A program made the translations under genes and the position numbers. DNA of 64,000 nt from Camelus dromedarius (Eukaryota). Numbering within the stretch: the stretch's first letter is position 1; each line of letters starts with the position of its first letter. The notes beneath the pieces are model-generated. The model saw only the letters and a program-made list of their open reading frames with translations, searched no databases and had not been told where the DNA came from. Below, in pieces: positions 50,900 to 64,000 of the stretch. The stretch is from the NCBI RefSeq assembly GCF_036321535.1, contig NC_087436.1, positions 115,074,001 through 115,138,000 of the forward strand, given 5' to 3'.

Positions 50900-53800
50900 T
50901 TGTACCCCAGGTAAAGATCCAAGGAAAATTGGTAACTTCCAAACAAACAAACAAACAAACAAACAAAAGATTACAAAACAAGCAAATAAACAAGCCAAGC
51001 TAAACAACAACTGGGGTGGGGGTGGAAGTGTCTCAGAAAACAGAATTTTGCTTACAAATATTTCAGATACTTGAATGATTAAAACAATATATAAAGTAAT
51101 TATTCTTAGTATGTTTAAGAAACAAAAGAAGCTTGAAAACATGGACAAGGTAGGTTTATTGTTGTCAATAATTGTTATTATTATTATAAAATAATAAAGA
51201 AGTTTTAAAATTGAAATAAAACACATGTAAGTGAAAATGTAATAATTTAAATTAAAAGCTCAGTGGATAGGTTAAGAACAGATTACATTGTACTTTACGC
51301 CTGAAACTAATGCAGTGTTATACATCAATTATGCCTCAATTAAAAAAAGCCACAATTCAAAAATTTTTAAAAAGAAAATAAATACCTGCAGAATTTAAAT
51401 AAAATTTAAATTTTATTTAAATTTTAAAATAAAAGGTTGCAGAAATAAAAGGTTGCAGAAGAGATAATTTGCACACTATGTTCATAGCAGCATTATAAAC
51501 AACAACTAAAACATAGAAGCAACCCAAGTGTCCGTTGATGAATGACTGGATAAACAAAGCATGGTATTTACATACCATGGAATATTACTCAGCCTTAACA
51601 AGGAAGGAAATTCTGACACAGGCTATGACAGGGATGAACCTGGAGGACATTATACTAAGTGAAATAAGCCAGTCACAAAAAGACAAATACTGTATGGTTA
51701 CACTTACAAGAGATACCTTAAGTTGTCAAATTCATAGAGGTAGAAGGTAGAATGGTGGTTGCCAGGTGTGGGGGAGAAGGGAATGGGGAATTGTTTAATA
51801 GATACAAGATTTTCAGTGTTGCAAGAAAATCAGTTCTGAAGGCTGGTTGTGCAACAACACAAATTCACTTAACACTACTGAACTGTGCACTTACAAATGG
51901 CTATGATAATAAGCTTTATGTTATGCATTTTTAACCACAATCTAAAAAAGAATCAAAAAGAGCAGACCACGTACAACTGAAGAGAGAAATATTAAAGTGG
52001 AATGTGTAGGTAAAGAAACTGCCTACAATAAAGCTCAGAGATCAGAGAGAGAGAAGAGAAAACTATGAAAGGAAGTTAAGAGACAAAGTTAACATGCAAA
52101 GCTTTAACATGTTCTTATCAGGGTTGCAGAAGGACATGATGAAGAAACTAGTATAGAGGCAACAAAGTGGTAGAGGCTGAAAACATTACGAAGTTATTTA
52201 AAATACCCATCTTCAGATCCCCAAAGTGGAATCAACACCAAGCAGGAGAAATTGAAGGAAATCCTCACCTAGAAACCTTCAAACACCATGAAAGAGACTT
52301 CAAGATCTCCAGGGGAAAGAGACCGGACACCTAGAAAGGGATACCTGGGAGACGGATGATGGGAGAGGGATGATGGACTTGTTAGCAGCAATAATTCAAT
52401 ACAGAAGACTGGAACAGTTCTTGTAAATGCCGAGAAAAATGATGCTTGTCAACCTAGAATTGCCCACATGTGTAAACTATCTTTTACAATGAAAATGAAA
52501 TACAGTTGTTACAGACATAAAAATGACAATTTAGCAGTTAAAAAAGGAAATTCTGAAAACTGCTGTGCTTCAGACTGAAGGACAGTAATTATGGATATAA
52601 AGATCCACACTACAAAAATGAATGGCAAGAAAATATATTGGTAATTTTGTAGGTAATTTTAAACAAATATTGACTGCATAAATAATGACAATATCTAATT
52701 TATGGGGAAAACACAAGATTTTTATTATGGAAGAGAGTGAAGACACTGATTAATTTTAAACTTGTCAAGTAAAAGATACTTGGCCACTTAGTTCCATGAA
52801 CCGTGAAAATACCATACATAGAGTATATTATTTACAAACAAGTAGAGGGAGAAAAAGAAAAAAAAAGTCAATCAGTCCAAAAGATGGCAAGAAAGAAAGG
52901 AGTCAGAAAAAAATGGAGCAGAAGGAAAACGCATAGTAAAACAGTCATCAATCCAAGATAAGGCAGTGACCACAAAAAATGTGCACGGTCTCAGCTATCT
53001 AGTTAAGGGCAAAATTGTCAGTGTGGATTAAAAACAAAATCCACCTTTATGTTTCATAGGGGACATATGCAGAATATATAAAAATAAATAGATTTGAATT
53101 CAAAATGTGAAAAAATATTTGCTACGTCAATAGTAAACAAAAAAATTGGTTGAACCTATTATGCCAAACAAAACATATTTAGATACAAAGGGTAAGGAAT
53201 TAAGAAATGCATAAAGTTTAATTATTCTAGACAATATAACAATATATTATTTAGGATATTGGGATCTATTTCATCAATAGGTTTTATATTCCACTAAGGA
53301 AAATCAAGGAAGTTATTAGAAATTTAGAGGAGATGTTTAACTCTAGTCAGGAGGAAAATCCAACTGGAAAGGGACAATAAAAAGACTTCTAGGGTCTAAT
53401 CTTTAGTCAATACAGTGTGTGTAAAAGGGAATTTATTATATTTTTACTTAAATTTATGTTTCTATTTGATTCATGTTTATGTGTGTTTAAACATAAAATA
53501 CTACTTTGTTAAAGGATAAAAATGTTTTCTTTAGAATGATACAAGGAAGCCATCAAAGATATATTGGTACATTTGGGGGAAAAAAAGTTGACAGCCTTGG
53601 AAATGGGAAATACATGTAGTGAAATGTTAAAAAAAAATAGGTTAGATAAAAACCGAGAAAGACACAACTGATGGTAGAATTAAAGTATTTACACTAGATC
53701 TTTATTTTCCTTGTTCATGTTCTTTTTCATTATAGGTTATTACAAGCTATTGGATATAGTTCCCTGTGCTAGACAACACAGGCTCATAAGATAAAAATAT

Positions 53801-55050
53801 TAAAAGAATTGAAAAACATGTGACATACTTTGAGAAACTCATCACACATCTACCAGATGGTTTGAAAAGAGAGAAAATTTTTAAGTCCACACACTGAGAA
53901 GTCTTCTCAAGTATGGAAAGAAATACTTTTTAAAAAATACACATTTGGATGCATCATATTAAACTGTAGAACAACAAAAACAAAGGGAGTATCTTGAACC
54001 TACGTCAAGAGAATAGACTTATGAACTGTCTACAGTAGAGTAAGTTCGGATTGACGACAGATGTCCCATGAGAGACAACAGTTACCTGAAGACATGGGTT
54101 AATACGAACCAAGTTATCAGGGTAAATGACTACCAAGCTATGATTCTAAACGTTCAATAATGAAGGTAAAATAAAACCATGTTTAGATGCACAAAGCATA
54201 ACAGAGGAAAACTACCCACAGATCTTTGTTGAAAAAACTACTAAAGGATGTTCCTCAGCAAGAATAAAATTTAGGGCATTTTATATCTACAGGGCTAGTC
54301 TTATCAGAAAGAGATAATTCTAAATTTGTATCCTAATAATGTAGCTTCATAATCTATAAAGCAGAAGTGAACAAAACAGAAAGGAGAAATAGATAAGTTA
54401 TGATCAAGTTGGCTCACTGTGTTATGTAAATCTTCAATATTCTTACTGGCTTTTGACTGCTTTGCTTATCCTGTACTAAAAGAAATGGATTAAAACCTCT
54501 CATTATAATGAGAATTTGGGTGCCATGTGTGTGAATCTTTTAGTTCCAACTGTGGGCACACCCTATGCACCCACAATTTCAGTCATCAACAGAAATATTT
54601 GCTTATATACACCAAAAAACTTGTTCAAGAATGTTCATAGCAGTGTTATGAAGTCACCAGACTGGGAACCACTGTAGTGCCTAACCACAGTAGAAAGGAT
54701 AAATTAATGTTGTCATATTCATGTAATGAAATTCTACACACTGGTAAAAATAAATGAAGCTTACATACTTAACGCTGAACAAAAAAGCTAAATAGTGTAT
54801 GATATCATTTGTATTCAAACACAAGTTGAACTAATCTATGGTATTGAAAGTCAGAAAAGGGGTTATATTTTAGGGGGGGTTAGTAACTGGCTGAGAGAAA
54901 GAAGGGGGTCTCTGGGTGTCAAGTATTTCTTCATCTGTCTGGTGGTTATTTTGTCATGCTCCCTTTGTGAAAATTTATCAAGGTGTAAAAGGGGATTTGA
55001 GTAATTTTCCACATGTTCAATATACTCAAAGAAAAATTAAAAAAAATACA
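50900..55050 (+). mobile_element. Ancient L1 fragments with a younger L1M 3' end (about 51460-51950) and other short L1 pieces inserted
   Basis: ORF2 end KAWYLHTMEYYSAL...MNLEDIILSEISQ at 51535-51750, surrounded by decayed ORF1/ORF2-like A-rich sequence. Confidence 0.7.
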
Positions 55051-55579
55051 TGTACATGGTTTAAACAATTAATTTTGTAAGTTTAGTTATTATTTTTTTA
55101 CAAATGACAGTCTATGGTGCCCCCTTCTAGTTTCATCTTCCCAGCTACTTTGCCTCTGTAATACCTACATGCCTCTAAATAACATTTTTTTATTGCTTAT
55201 TCTCATTTTTCATTATTAAGTATTTTACTTGCTTCTCAAAATTTTTTTTTTTATTGTTCATTGAATAAAATCCAGGCTTTGTTTATTGCTTTTCTTTTTC
55301 CTTCGTTGTTTGCAATTCAAACATTGATGGAAGGATTTGTAACCACGTTATCACAATGAATGTATTGGTCATAGCATGGCCTGTTAAAAGATTTAGTCAT
55401 ATTTTAAACAATTCAGCGTTGAAGACAGACGCATACAACCACATGGTCCTATTTTGAGAGTGTCATTGTAACACGTACACACACACACTCTACATGGAAC
55501 CAACTGCACTGCGATTTTGTAGAAGTATCTGTGTTGGGCACATTTAATTACATTTTCCCATTTTTTGAGTAACCCACGC

Positions 55580-56900
55580 ATTTTAGCGACCGGAGAGGCA
55601 CTCAAGGCTATCCCAGAGATGAAAACACAGTTCTAACCTCCTGAAGTAACAAGAAAGGATGGGGCAAGGAACAGGCAGCTAAGCAATCAGTGGAAAGGCA
55701 GCGCTGTATGAAACGAAGGGGCTTTCATACAGGGCTTGCCCAGAGGGCAGACGTGGGGCTTCTCAACGGGCAGCGAGGGCTGCGCTGCAGAGAGGAACGC
55801 AGGACCCCGGGTTCTGCGTTCGCGGATCCAGAGGCCTGCTGTGTACGTAAGACACTTGAGGATTCGCGGACTCTGGTATCCGAGGGGGCTCTGGGACGAT
55901 TCCCCTGGGGGATACTGAGGGAGGACCATGACTCAGCAAGGACAAAGAAAAGAACGAGATTTCAGGTTGGAAACCGGCGCAGAGCACGCCGTGTGGTTGG
56001 AGATCCGAATGAGATGAAGGTGGAAAGAGGAGACTTTTCGGGAGGTAGACCAGGGGCAGGAGCCACGCCCCAGGGGCTTGCAGCGCCCCTTCTAGGCTCC
56101 CTTGTAGCCAGTCTTGCCTCTTCAATGAGGCTGACCTCTCCTTGCTGGTTTGGTCTGGTTCCAGGTTGTGCAGAATGGGAGACAAGGTGCATAGTGGTAC
56201 TGGCAGGTTCTGATCGCCATGCCGCGGTGGGAAACTAGTTTTGCTCTCTGAGACTGAGGTGCTTGGACAGCAGTGTTACGGCTGTGCAAGGTGAGGAACA
56301 GAAACCAGAAACCAGGGCGAGAGAAGACTCCCCTGCCCTGGCCGCCTGCAGCGCGCCGGGCGCCACGGTGGCCTCTGTTGCGTGCATTTTCTCTTTTCGT
56401 CTTCGCGCAAACACACAGGTCTCGCCACTTTACAGACAAGGACACTGAGGCTAAGGCAAGTTGATCAAGATCACCTGGATAATTAAAACGGGGCGGCCCT
56501 GATGCTTGGGGGTGTTCAGGCCGACGCTGCCCTGGCTGAGTAAGCTCTGGGAGTGAGGCTCGGTTGCTGCTGGTAGCGCAGCAAGATTTAGTGCTTTCCT
56601 GACATCCGAACCGGAGTCTGTGCACGGGGGATGGCTAAACATTTAAGTCGTCGCCCGCTATTAACTCTCTGGGCAAGGAAACACGCGTCTCCATTTATAC
56701 TGCGAGCCCTGGCGGTCACGCCGAGGCGGCGCTGGAGTATGTGTTTCTCCGCGTCCGTGGCAGGAGGCCACACGCCATGCCTAGATGCACGTTAACATGA
56801 CATAAATGTTAATGTCCTGTTCTAAAACCAAAGCCTGCGGGAGAGAGGAAATACCACCCCCGCCGTACCCAGGGCCCGTGTTTGGATACTGCGAGTCTAT
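55580..56900. promoter_or_regulatory. CpG-island-like region (putative promoter/enhancer)
   Basis: Abrupt rise in GC and retained CpG (cagcgcgccgggcgccacgg, cacgccgaggcggcgc). KLF/SP-type gccacgccc at 56062-56070 and CTCF-like gcagcgccccttctaggc at 56080-56097. Confidence 0.65.
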
Positions 56901-57894
56901 ATTTTGACTCCAGAGTGTGATGACTATGTAACTTTTCACAAGGATTTCATTTTTTTTTTTCCCCTGTCAAGCCACATTATTTTAAGGGTGACAATAACTT
57001 GGCTGCAAATGAGCTGAAACCATCAAGGTGATAAATGAGTTTCGGGGGGAGGGAGGCATCAGCCTGGCCTCTGCTTCGCAGGACCACACACCTCTGTCCT
57101 CTTCCAGCTTCTTAGCAGAACAATGTGTCACAGATCTCCCCTCTCTGCAGCTCCCCCAAGGCCCCTTCCCCCCCAGCCGCCTGCTTCTTAAAGCAATAGA
57201 GAACCCCGAGCACTTGACTTCGGAAAATATACCGTATTTCCCAGAGTTTGGGAAGGAGGGAGAAAGATTTGCTCTTTTCCTCTGGCTGTTAGCAAAGATC
57301 TGATTTATAAAACTGCCTTTGAGCCGACTCCTCGCCCAGTTTATTTTCTCTGTCAGCCAGGTCCGTCTCTGAAGTGGGGCTGCCCATGGTCAGCTCAGTG
57401 GTCAGCCTGCTTTTTTGAATTGAAACCTAAGAGTTATGTCCGGAAGGGCCTGGAGCGCTGGTGTGCTGGATTTCTAGTCAAGAAAGATGACTTTCATGGC
57501 TGTCTTACTAGGGAAAGGAGGAGGGAGTGGACAGGTTATGCCCAGGTTTTATATCCATAATCTCATTTAAGTTATTCTTATTTCATTTATTTAAATCCCA
57601 GCTGGATTAATTGATTGACTAAAAGATTCTCCCTGAGACTTAACTGTCAGGCTTTGAACCACAAGCTGCTATACTGTGAAGCTTCTTTCCCTGTCTTCTC
57701 CTTACTTTTGTCCAGTCCGCCCCTGGGAGGTAACACCTGTATCATCAGGAAGGACTCTGAAGACTAGGCTCACTGCCTTGCACATTCAATAGCGAGGAAG
57801 CCCTCAGGAGCCAGGCTTTGTGGTGACAAATGAGTGTCAATCATTTTAACAGTGCCTGGCTTGGAGCTATAAGCATTCTATTTGCTATTATTAT

Positions 57895-58100
57895 ACTGTT
57901 CATGTTGGGGAAACTGTGGACTTTGGGTGATCGTGATGTGTCAATGTAGAAAGCTGGAGAAAATGGACCATGCTGGTGGGCGATGTGGATGGTCTGGAGG
58001 CCATGTGTTGGGGGCAGGGGGCAGATGAGAACTCTCAGTACTGCTTGCCCAATTTTCCTGTGACCTTACCACTGCTCTAAAAAATAAAGTCTATTAAACT
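57895..58100 (+). mobile_element. L1MC-type 3' end
   Basis: ggactttgggtgat...tgtgtcaatgtag...actgctctaaaaaataaagtctatt. Confidence 0.85.
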
Positions 58101-59064
58101 TAGATAGCATTCAAAAGGGACATTTAACATTATCACACAGAGATAATATACATATGTAAATCGACGGGTGCATAAATTCAACAAACGTTTGCTGAGTCCC
58201 TTCTGTGTCTTTGCTGCCACTGCACATACTCGGGCAGCCCAATCTGAGAGGCCCTGGAATTTTAGCGAGAACAGCAGAGATGTGAATTCGTGGTTATAGC
58301 ACAGCCTGGTGACTACAATGAGGGAAGTGAGTGCTCTCTCCTCTGTGAGACTTTCTGTTCCTGGCTTTCTGTAAACTCACACAAGAAAGGCTTAGGAGAC
58401 AAAAGCTGACCTGTTAGCTATTTGTTTTGATTTCTCTTCAGTGCTGCACCTGTGACCTTCAAGCTCTAGGTGCCTCGCTTTGGCCACTAGGGAAGCTGAA
58501 GTGACCTTTCATGACCTACCTTGAGGCTGAAGCCAAGCCTGGAGGAACAGACGCTGGTGTGGACAGAGCCCTCGTTCAGCTCAGCTGTGTTTATCAAGAG
58601 AGGATCACAGGGATGTCTTCCTGCATCGCAGCCTTCCTTCTGTGCACTTCATTTTTCACAACCCTCGGAATCACTGGTCCATTTATCGTTTTTGCTCTAA
58701 TCCATCATTTAAAACAGGGTCTGTCTTAGTGTCAAATGGTAGGAAGTGCCTCTGCCCTAATAATTTTCTTACAGTAAATGAGAGTGGGAAACAGAACATA
58801 ATCAGTGACCGATATTTACCAGACTCACTCCGGGAGCGAGACGGGCTGGGTCACAATGGACAGGATGCCAGTTCTGATCACAGGTTTCTGGAAGGAAAAG
58901 GTAGAGAAGATTTTGAAGTCTACTTTCTGATTCGCCATTCGCTGATAGGCCGTAGCTGATAATTACTGTTGATCTGCCCATGGTGCTTGGTACTGCCTTG
59001 AATACGCCACTTCCTTTCTCAAATCCTTATTTCCTTGATTGTAAAATGAAAGTATTAGCCTACA

Positions 59065-59740
59065 TCAGGGATCTTCAACCCGGGATCACATTAGAATCCC
59101 CTAAGGGCTTTTAAGAAGATCAGTCAAATTCAAACATTTGGAAGCTGGCCTTGGCTGTGAGCTTCGGTAGTTTTTGACTTGCTCCAGGGGGCTCTGAAAT
59201 GTGCAGCCTACATGGAGAAACAGCTGGAACAGGCATCCTTAAAGGCCCTTCTATCTCCCAGAATCTCTGAATCGATGAGGCTTTTCAAGGGCTAACTCTG
59301 CTCATGAGAACGATGTCTCCCTTGAGCAAACTTAAACAAATCAATATATTTTAAACTTTTAAATTTATTTAAACAGGTACAGATTGAGGTTGCGCTGTAT
59401 GTTAGATCCCATGACAGTTATTACACGAAAGATGCTGATTCCTCAGGCTGACCACAGAGCTTCTTAATCAGAACCTTAGATCCGAGGACCCACAGCTGGA
59501 CCAGTCACATCATTTGTAGGGCCCAGAGCAAAATGGTCATGGGCCCCCCTTGGAAAGTTATTAAGAAGTTTGAGGTGATGGCATCAGAACATTAAACCAA
59601 ATGCGGGGCCCTTCTGAGCCCCTTCTGGGGCTCTGTGAGGCTGCATGGAAGACACTGCCGTGAAGGTGGTCCTGCACAGGAGTTTGCTGTTAGAAAACTC
59701 CTCAAGTCACTGTGATCGGTCCCCTGATTTAGAAACCCTC
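59065..59740. mobile_element. MER5-like hAT elements; a MER45-like hAT element at about 59496-59674 interrupts the second
   Basis: cacattagaatc...tgtgcagcc and catttgtagggcccagagcaaaatg...ggggcccttctgagc...gtggtcctg. Confidence 0.65.
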
Positions 59741-61308
59741 CGTGGGAAGGAATTAAAAGATACATCATTCATAGCACTTCTCCTAATGCAGCAGGGAGAA
59801 CAGGCCAATGCAAGTCAATGGGCTGATCGGGCACCTTTGCAGGTAAGAATCAGAGACTCATTCAAGAATATAATGGGGTTTTATAGAAAACATCCAAGAG
59901 GAAATTGGAGAGAAGAGACTCCTACAGGGAATAAGAAAACTCCTCAAAACTGGCCACGGGAAGCCATCTGGGATGCAGAGAGCCCTACCAACTGGCTGCG
60001 CTGGTCAAAACTCTGAAGAGGCAAGAGAACGTGCAAGAGACAGGAAACCCAGCCCGCTCACCTACAGGGAAAATCGCACTGGCTGACGTAATGGGGGAGC
60101 CTGTATGCAGGGCTGACTGCAGACGCACTTGGCCCAGGACTTGGCTCTCCCTACCCTTCACTTGGCTCTGTCCTCCTTTCACCGGCTTCTTTCTGAGACA
60201 GAGTCCCTCCTTGGTGTTAAGACGCTGCCGCTGCCCCTGGAGAATTTACGGCTGGTGGTAAGGAGGGTCCTCCCCCCAGAGTCAAACTCTTCTCCTAGTT
60301 TGACCCAAATGATTCCCCTGTGCTAATTCCTCTCCCAGTTAAGCTGAACTGGGGATGAGATGCATCCATCAGTATTGGCCAGTAAGAGCCACTGAGGGGA
60401 AGCTGCCCTATCCCTTTTACAGATGAGGGAGCTGAAGTAGACAGGCTTACAGTTTGCCAAGGTCATAAAGCTGGTCAAGAGTGAAGCCCGGAATTTAAAC
60501 CGAGGCGTCTGAGTTCGGGGCCCACGTTGTTACCTGCTTAGCCACTCTAAAATTTCTGATTAAACAGATTTTTGCTTTTCATAGTTTCTTATTCAGAGAT
60601 TTAGTGATCTCCTAATTTCAGTGCATCTGTGGCCCCGCGTGACTTATTCTCTCTAGCCTTTCATAATTTGGTGGAAATATCACTGCTGCCAGCTCCCAAT
60701 TTTTTGCTTTTCCTGTTTCAGATTCCTGGTTGAGATGATACACTGGATAACATGATTGACCTGGTTTGACCTTGCTTGAGCAGAGCTTTAACTGCCAGGC
60801 CTCCTGATCAGCCACCGGCCGGCTCGTCGTGGTGGGTCGTGGGGGACTTCTCCTGGTCTAACCCCCTTTTTCAAACGACACTGGTCTTGTTGATGTGATA
60901 TATAGGCTGGGTCTCCTTCCCTGTCTCCTTGCCTACAGTTCCTCCACTCCCAGCTGGAGCTGGGGCATGGCTGCTTCTCCTAAAAGTGACTCTAGGATTG
61001 ATTTATGATGTAGACACATATGCACTGAAAAGCATACTGTAGGACAGAGTAAAATGCATGGCCAAAGCTGGTCCAAACCCAACATTGCGAAGATTAAAGG
61101 AAGAAGTCTCATTTGGCATGCTCTTTGGAGATGTGGCCATAGGGTGGGTCTTGAAAATGAGTGGAGAAGGGGTATGAGGTAGAGATGCAGGAACAGGGCT
61201 GGAGGCTGAAAAGCTTGGTGTGTCATTGCTGTAGACATTGAGATCTGCCACTTCTTTACTCAAGAGACGTATATTGAACAACCAGCATACACTCGAGGAT
61301 GTGGATGA

Positions 61309-61352
61309 TAGATAAATAGATAGATAGACAGATAGATAGATGATAGATGGAT
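61309..61352. repeat. Imperfect (GATA)n microsatellite
   Basis: tagataaatagatagatagacagatagataga. Confidence 0.9.
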
Positions 61353-61519
61353 AGCCTCAGACCTCCAGAAACTGACAGTTTAGTTGTAAAAGGGAGAGTT
61401 ACTGTGTGCCGACCATATGGGCTAGAAGGGACTTTAGTTCTGAAGTCCTACAGTTTAAGCTCAAGCACTCCCTGTAACAATTTCTTTGGCTTTCCCCAAG
61501 GACATTTGGCCAGTCCCCC

Positions 61520-61928
61520 TTCGTGCCAGGCGCTCTGAGAAGCAGACACGATGATGGAATTCAATGTGCATGATATTCATTGGAGGCAAGATTGATGAGG
61601 AGTCAGGGGAGAAGGAACAGGAGAAAGCTGAGGATCTTCAGGTTACAGTGCAGGTCTGACACTTGCACTGAAAAGGAAGGGCTTTCCCCTTGGGAAGCAA
61701 GAGCTTCAGACTGAAGGGGAGTCTCGAGCCCACCCTGCCCATAAGAGCAGTCGCGCACTCAGCAGGAGTGCCTGGCCCAGCACCCCGCAGGAGAGTGTGA
61801 CCTTGCTCTGAACATCATGGGTGACCCCGAAGTTGTGGCATCTGGAGGCTGTCAGCAAATGGTACTCCTCATGGCAACTTCTGTCTTAAAAAGAGATCTT
61901 TGTGGCCCACCCCCATGGCTGTCCCACC
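61520..61928 (-). mobile_element. ERVL-class LTR (LTR16-like)
   Basis: gaagcagacac.atgatgga...tgcaggtctgacac...ggaggctgtcagc. Confidence 0.6.
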
Positions 61929-61949
61929 CCTCAAAAACAGTAACTCGTG

Positions 61950-62830
61950 TTTTATATTGCCTGCCATATTATTGTAATTATCGACATATTCTATCCTTTT
62001 TGCTGGCCTAACCACTGTTGACATCTTTCACCTCACTAAATTTAGCTCCTTGAGTGCAAAGACCATGTATTATTATTAATTTCTGGTATCTTGACATCTA
62101 GCAAAAATACAGCAGCTATAAAGCTGTTCAGTAAATATTCAGAAATGAATGGATGAGTGGTCCACTCAAGTACCCAATGAAAGACTTTGGGTGAGGAAAA
62201 TGAATGATCGGAGTCAGTCCTTCGACAGGCTGTTCCGCTGCTGCTGTAGTTTTGGTGGCGTGGGAAGACCGTGGGCTCTCAGATCTGACATTCTGAGACT
62301 TGAGTCACATTTCAAAGTGCTTGTTAAGTTTATATCTCGGGCCAAGTGACCTGGTTTTCCTGAGTCTCAGTTTTCCTGTGTATAAAATGAAACTAGTTCT
62401 TACCTCGTGGCTTTTTATGGGGATTAAAAAAGATGATGGCCGTGCGTGGCCGGTACAGAGCCTGGCGTCGGGAGAACTTCTATCAGTGTTGTCTGCTTGC
62501 CCCCTTCTTTTCTAAGACCGAATCACTCAATTGCCTACAAAGAGGGCGAATTTATTTGCCTACTCTTCGTTACGAGGAGAAAGGCAGCGAGGGTTATCCC
62601 ATAGTCCTGCGCTTGATAATCTGATGGATTATTTGCTGGCTATATTGTGTTTGAATCCTCTTGATAGCCTCCGGGTAACTAAGGTACCAAGGTGTGCGGC
62701 AGGGCCGTCCCCATTTTACCGAGGGCGAAACTGAAGCTTGGGGTGTGAAATAGCCTTGGGCCACGTTTCAGTCAGTGGGCATGTTAGGATCCTCATCCAA
62801 GTCTGTGCTGAGTCGAGCTCCGAACCGGTG
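61950..62830. mobile_element. L2 3' end (+, to about 62160) and two MIRs (+ about 62250-62490, - about 62630-62830)
   Basis: cagtaaatattcagaaatgaatggatga; tctcagttttcctgtgtataaaatg; cccattttaccgagggcgaaactgaag. Confidence 0.7.
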
Positions 62831-64000
62831 TACCGGCTCTCGGAGGATGGGCAGGCAGTTAGGAGACCCCGAGGACCGCCCCTGCTCCGGAGTCCTCTCA
62901 GGGTGTTCCCAGGATCCCAAGGAGCTGCTTGAGAGTGCTTTGTCCTGACAGCAGGAACCAGGCAACAGCATCCTAACGAGGGAGGGTCAGGGCTGGGAGA
63001 GGTGGCGTCCCCTTTTGTTGGGGCGCTCTGCCCTCTGCTGGCTGCTTTAGTGGCTTTCTACACTTCGGTTATTTAAAATGCCAAGTAATCACTTTTTTTA
63101 TTAGCTCCCCTTGGTGGTGATCAAATTATTTCAAATAAGAATACTTCATGATATATGTAAATAGTTCATAAATATATGACTATTTTCAAGGATATGTGTG
63201 TGTGCTCACCCACAAAACTACAAAGCAGAACCCGATGCCCGTCGCACAATTAGGTGATAAAACAATATTGCGTCAGTGGATGATGGGAAACACACACAGG
63301 AAGAGCGCAAAGAAATTAAAATGGATTTAAGGATAGATTAAGGTGATGGAAGAAAGAATGACAGAGCTACAAAGGAAACTGAACGGTATGGTGCAGTGAT
63401 AAAAATAACTACTATTAATTAAGTAAAGGCACAAAGGCACGGAGAGGTGGCGTATCTTGACCAAGTTCTCAGCCAAATGGGCGGCCAGATACCCGCATTC
63501 ACCTTGGCTTCCTGGGCAAATCAGCACAGCCCTGCCCTCAGGCTCTAGGCTGCTAAAGACCTTGATACCAAAACCTAAAATGAGTGGTGGAGGGGGAGAT
63601 GGTCCAGAAAGTCTGAAAAGGAAGTGAGAGTGTGTGTTCCCTCAAGAGTGACAGGTGCAAGTGTGGATGGGGTGAGGAGCTGCGGGGGAGAGAGACAGGT
63701 GTCCCTCCGATCCGCGCTGTATAAATATTGTTTCATGTTAAGTCTCAGAAATACCAGAAGGGCTTGAGTTTTCAGCAATGGCTTCAGATGAAGGAACCGA
63801 GGCTCACAAAGGGCTCACAGGTTGAAAATGGATGGTCATCTTTGTCTCAGGAACTGAGAGGTAGTGGTCCTCCATGTGCCAGGCTTGGGAGCCAATAACA
63901 GAAGCATCTGGAAGTAGGCAGGAACCACACAACATGTAGATGGGGAGCTTGCTGGATTCCAAGCCCTGGTTTAACGCTGCGTTTCTCAAAGTTTGATGTG

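Noticed and set aside
55690..56625. 140-182 aa overlapping ORFs on both strands
   Set aside because: Expected in GC-rich DNA; no recognisable domain or exon chain.
1..64000. tRNA, rRNA, snRNA, CRISPR arrays or prokaryotic systems
   Set aside because: None recognised; the sequence is mammalian and tRNA-like words belong to decayed MIR heads.

Overview
Mammalian genomic DNA, AT-rich and repeat-dense. The young LINE-1 3' ends are of cetartiodactyl type and no ruminant or pig SINEs were recognised, so a camelid is most likely. No intact protein-coding gene is supported; nearly all ORF-track entries are repeat-derived or chance. The main discovery is in the unique DNA of 1-18.6 kb: about 12 exon-like segments on the + strand, many with canonical AG/GT ends but carrying in-frame stops, frameshifts and dead acceptors. 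Their hand translations follow, in order, the architecture of MCTP proteins: three C2 domains, then the transmembrane/PRT_C region and the 'WG...DN..LL.FL.R.P' C-terminal motif. This looks like an intron-containing, strongly diverged, disabled MCTP-like paralog whose 5' end lies left of the window. The homology is by eye against remembered MCTP1/2 sequences and needs a profile search. The rest is layered L1, L2, MIR, MaLR/ERVL LTRs and DNA transposons, several microsatellites, and a CpG-rich putative regulatory region at about 55.6-57.4 kb with further CpG-rich DNA near 62.4-63.7 kb.
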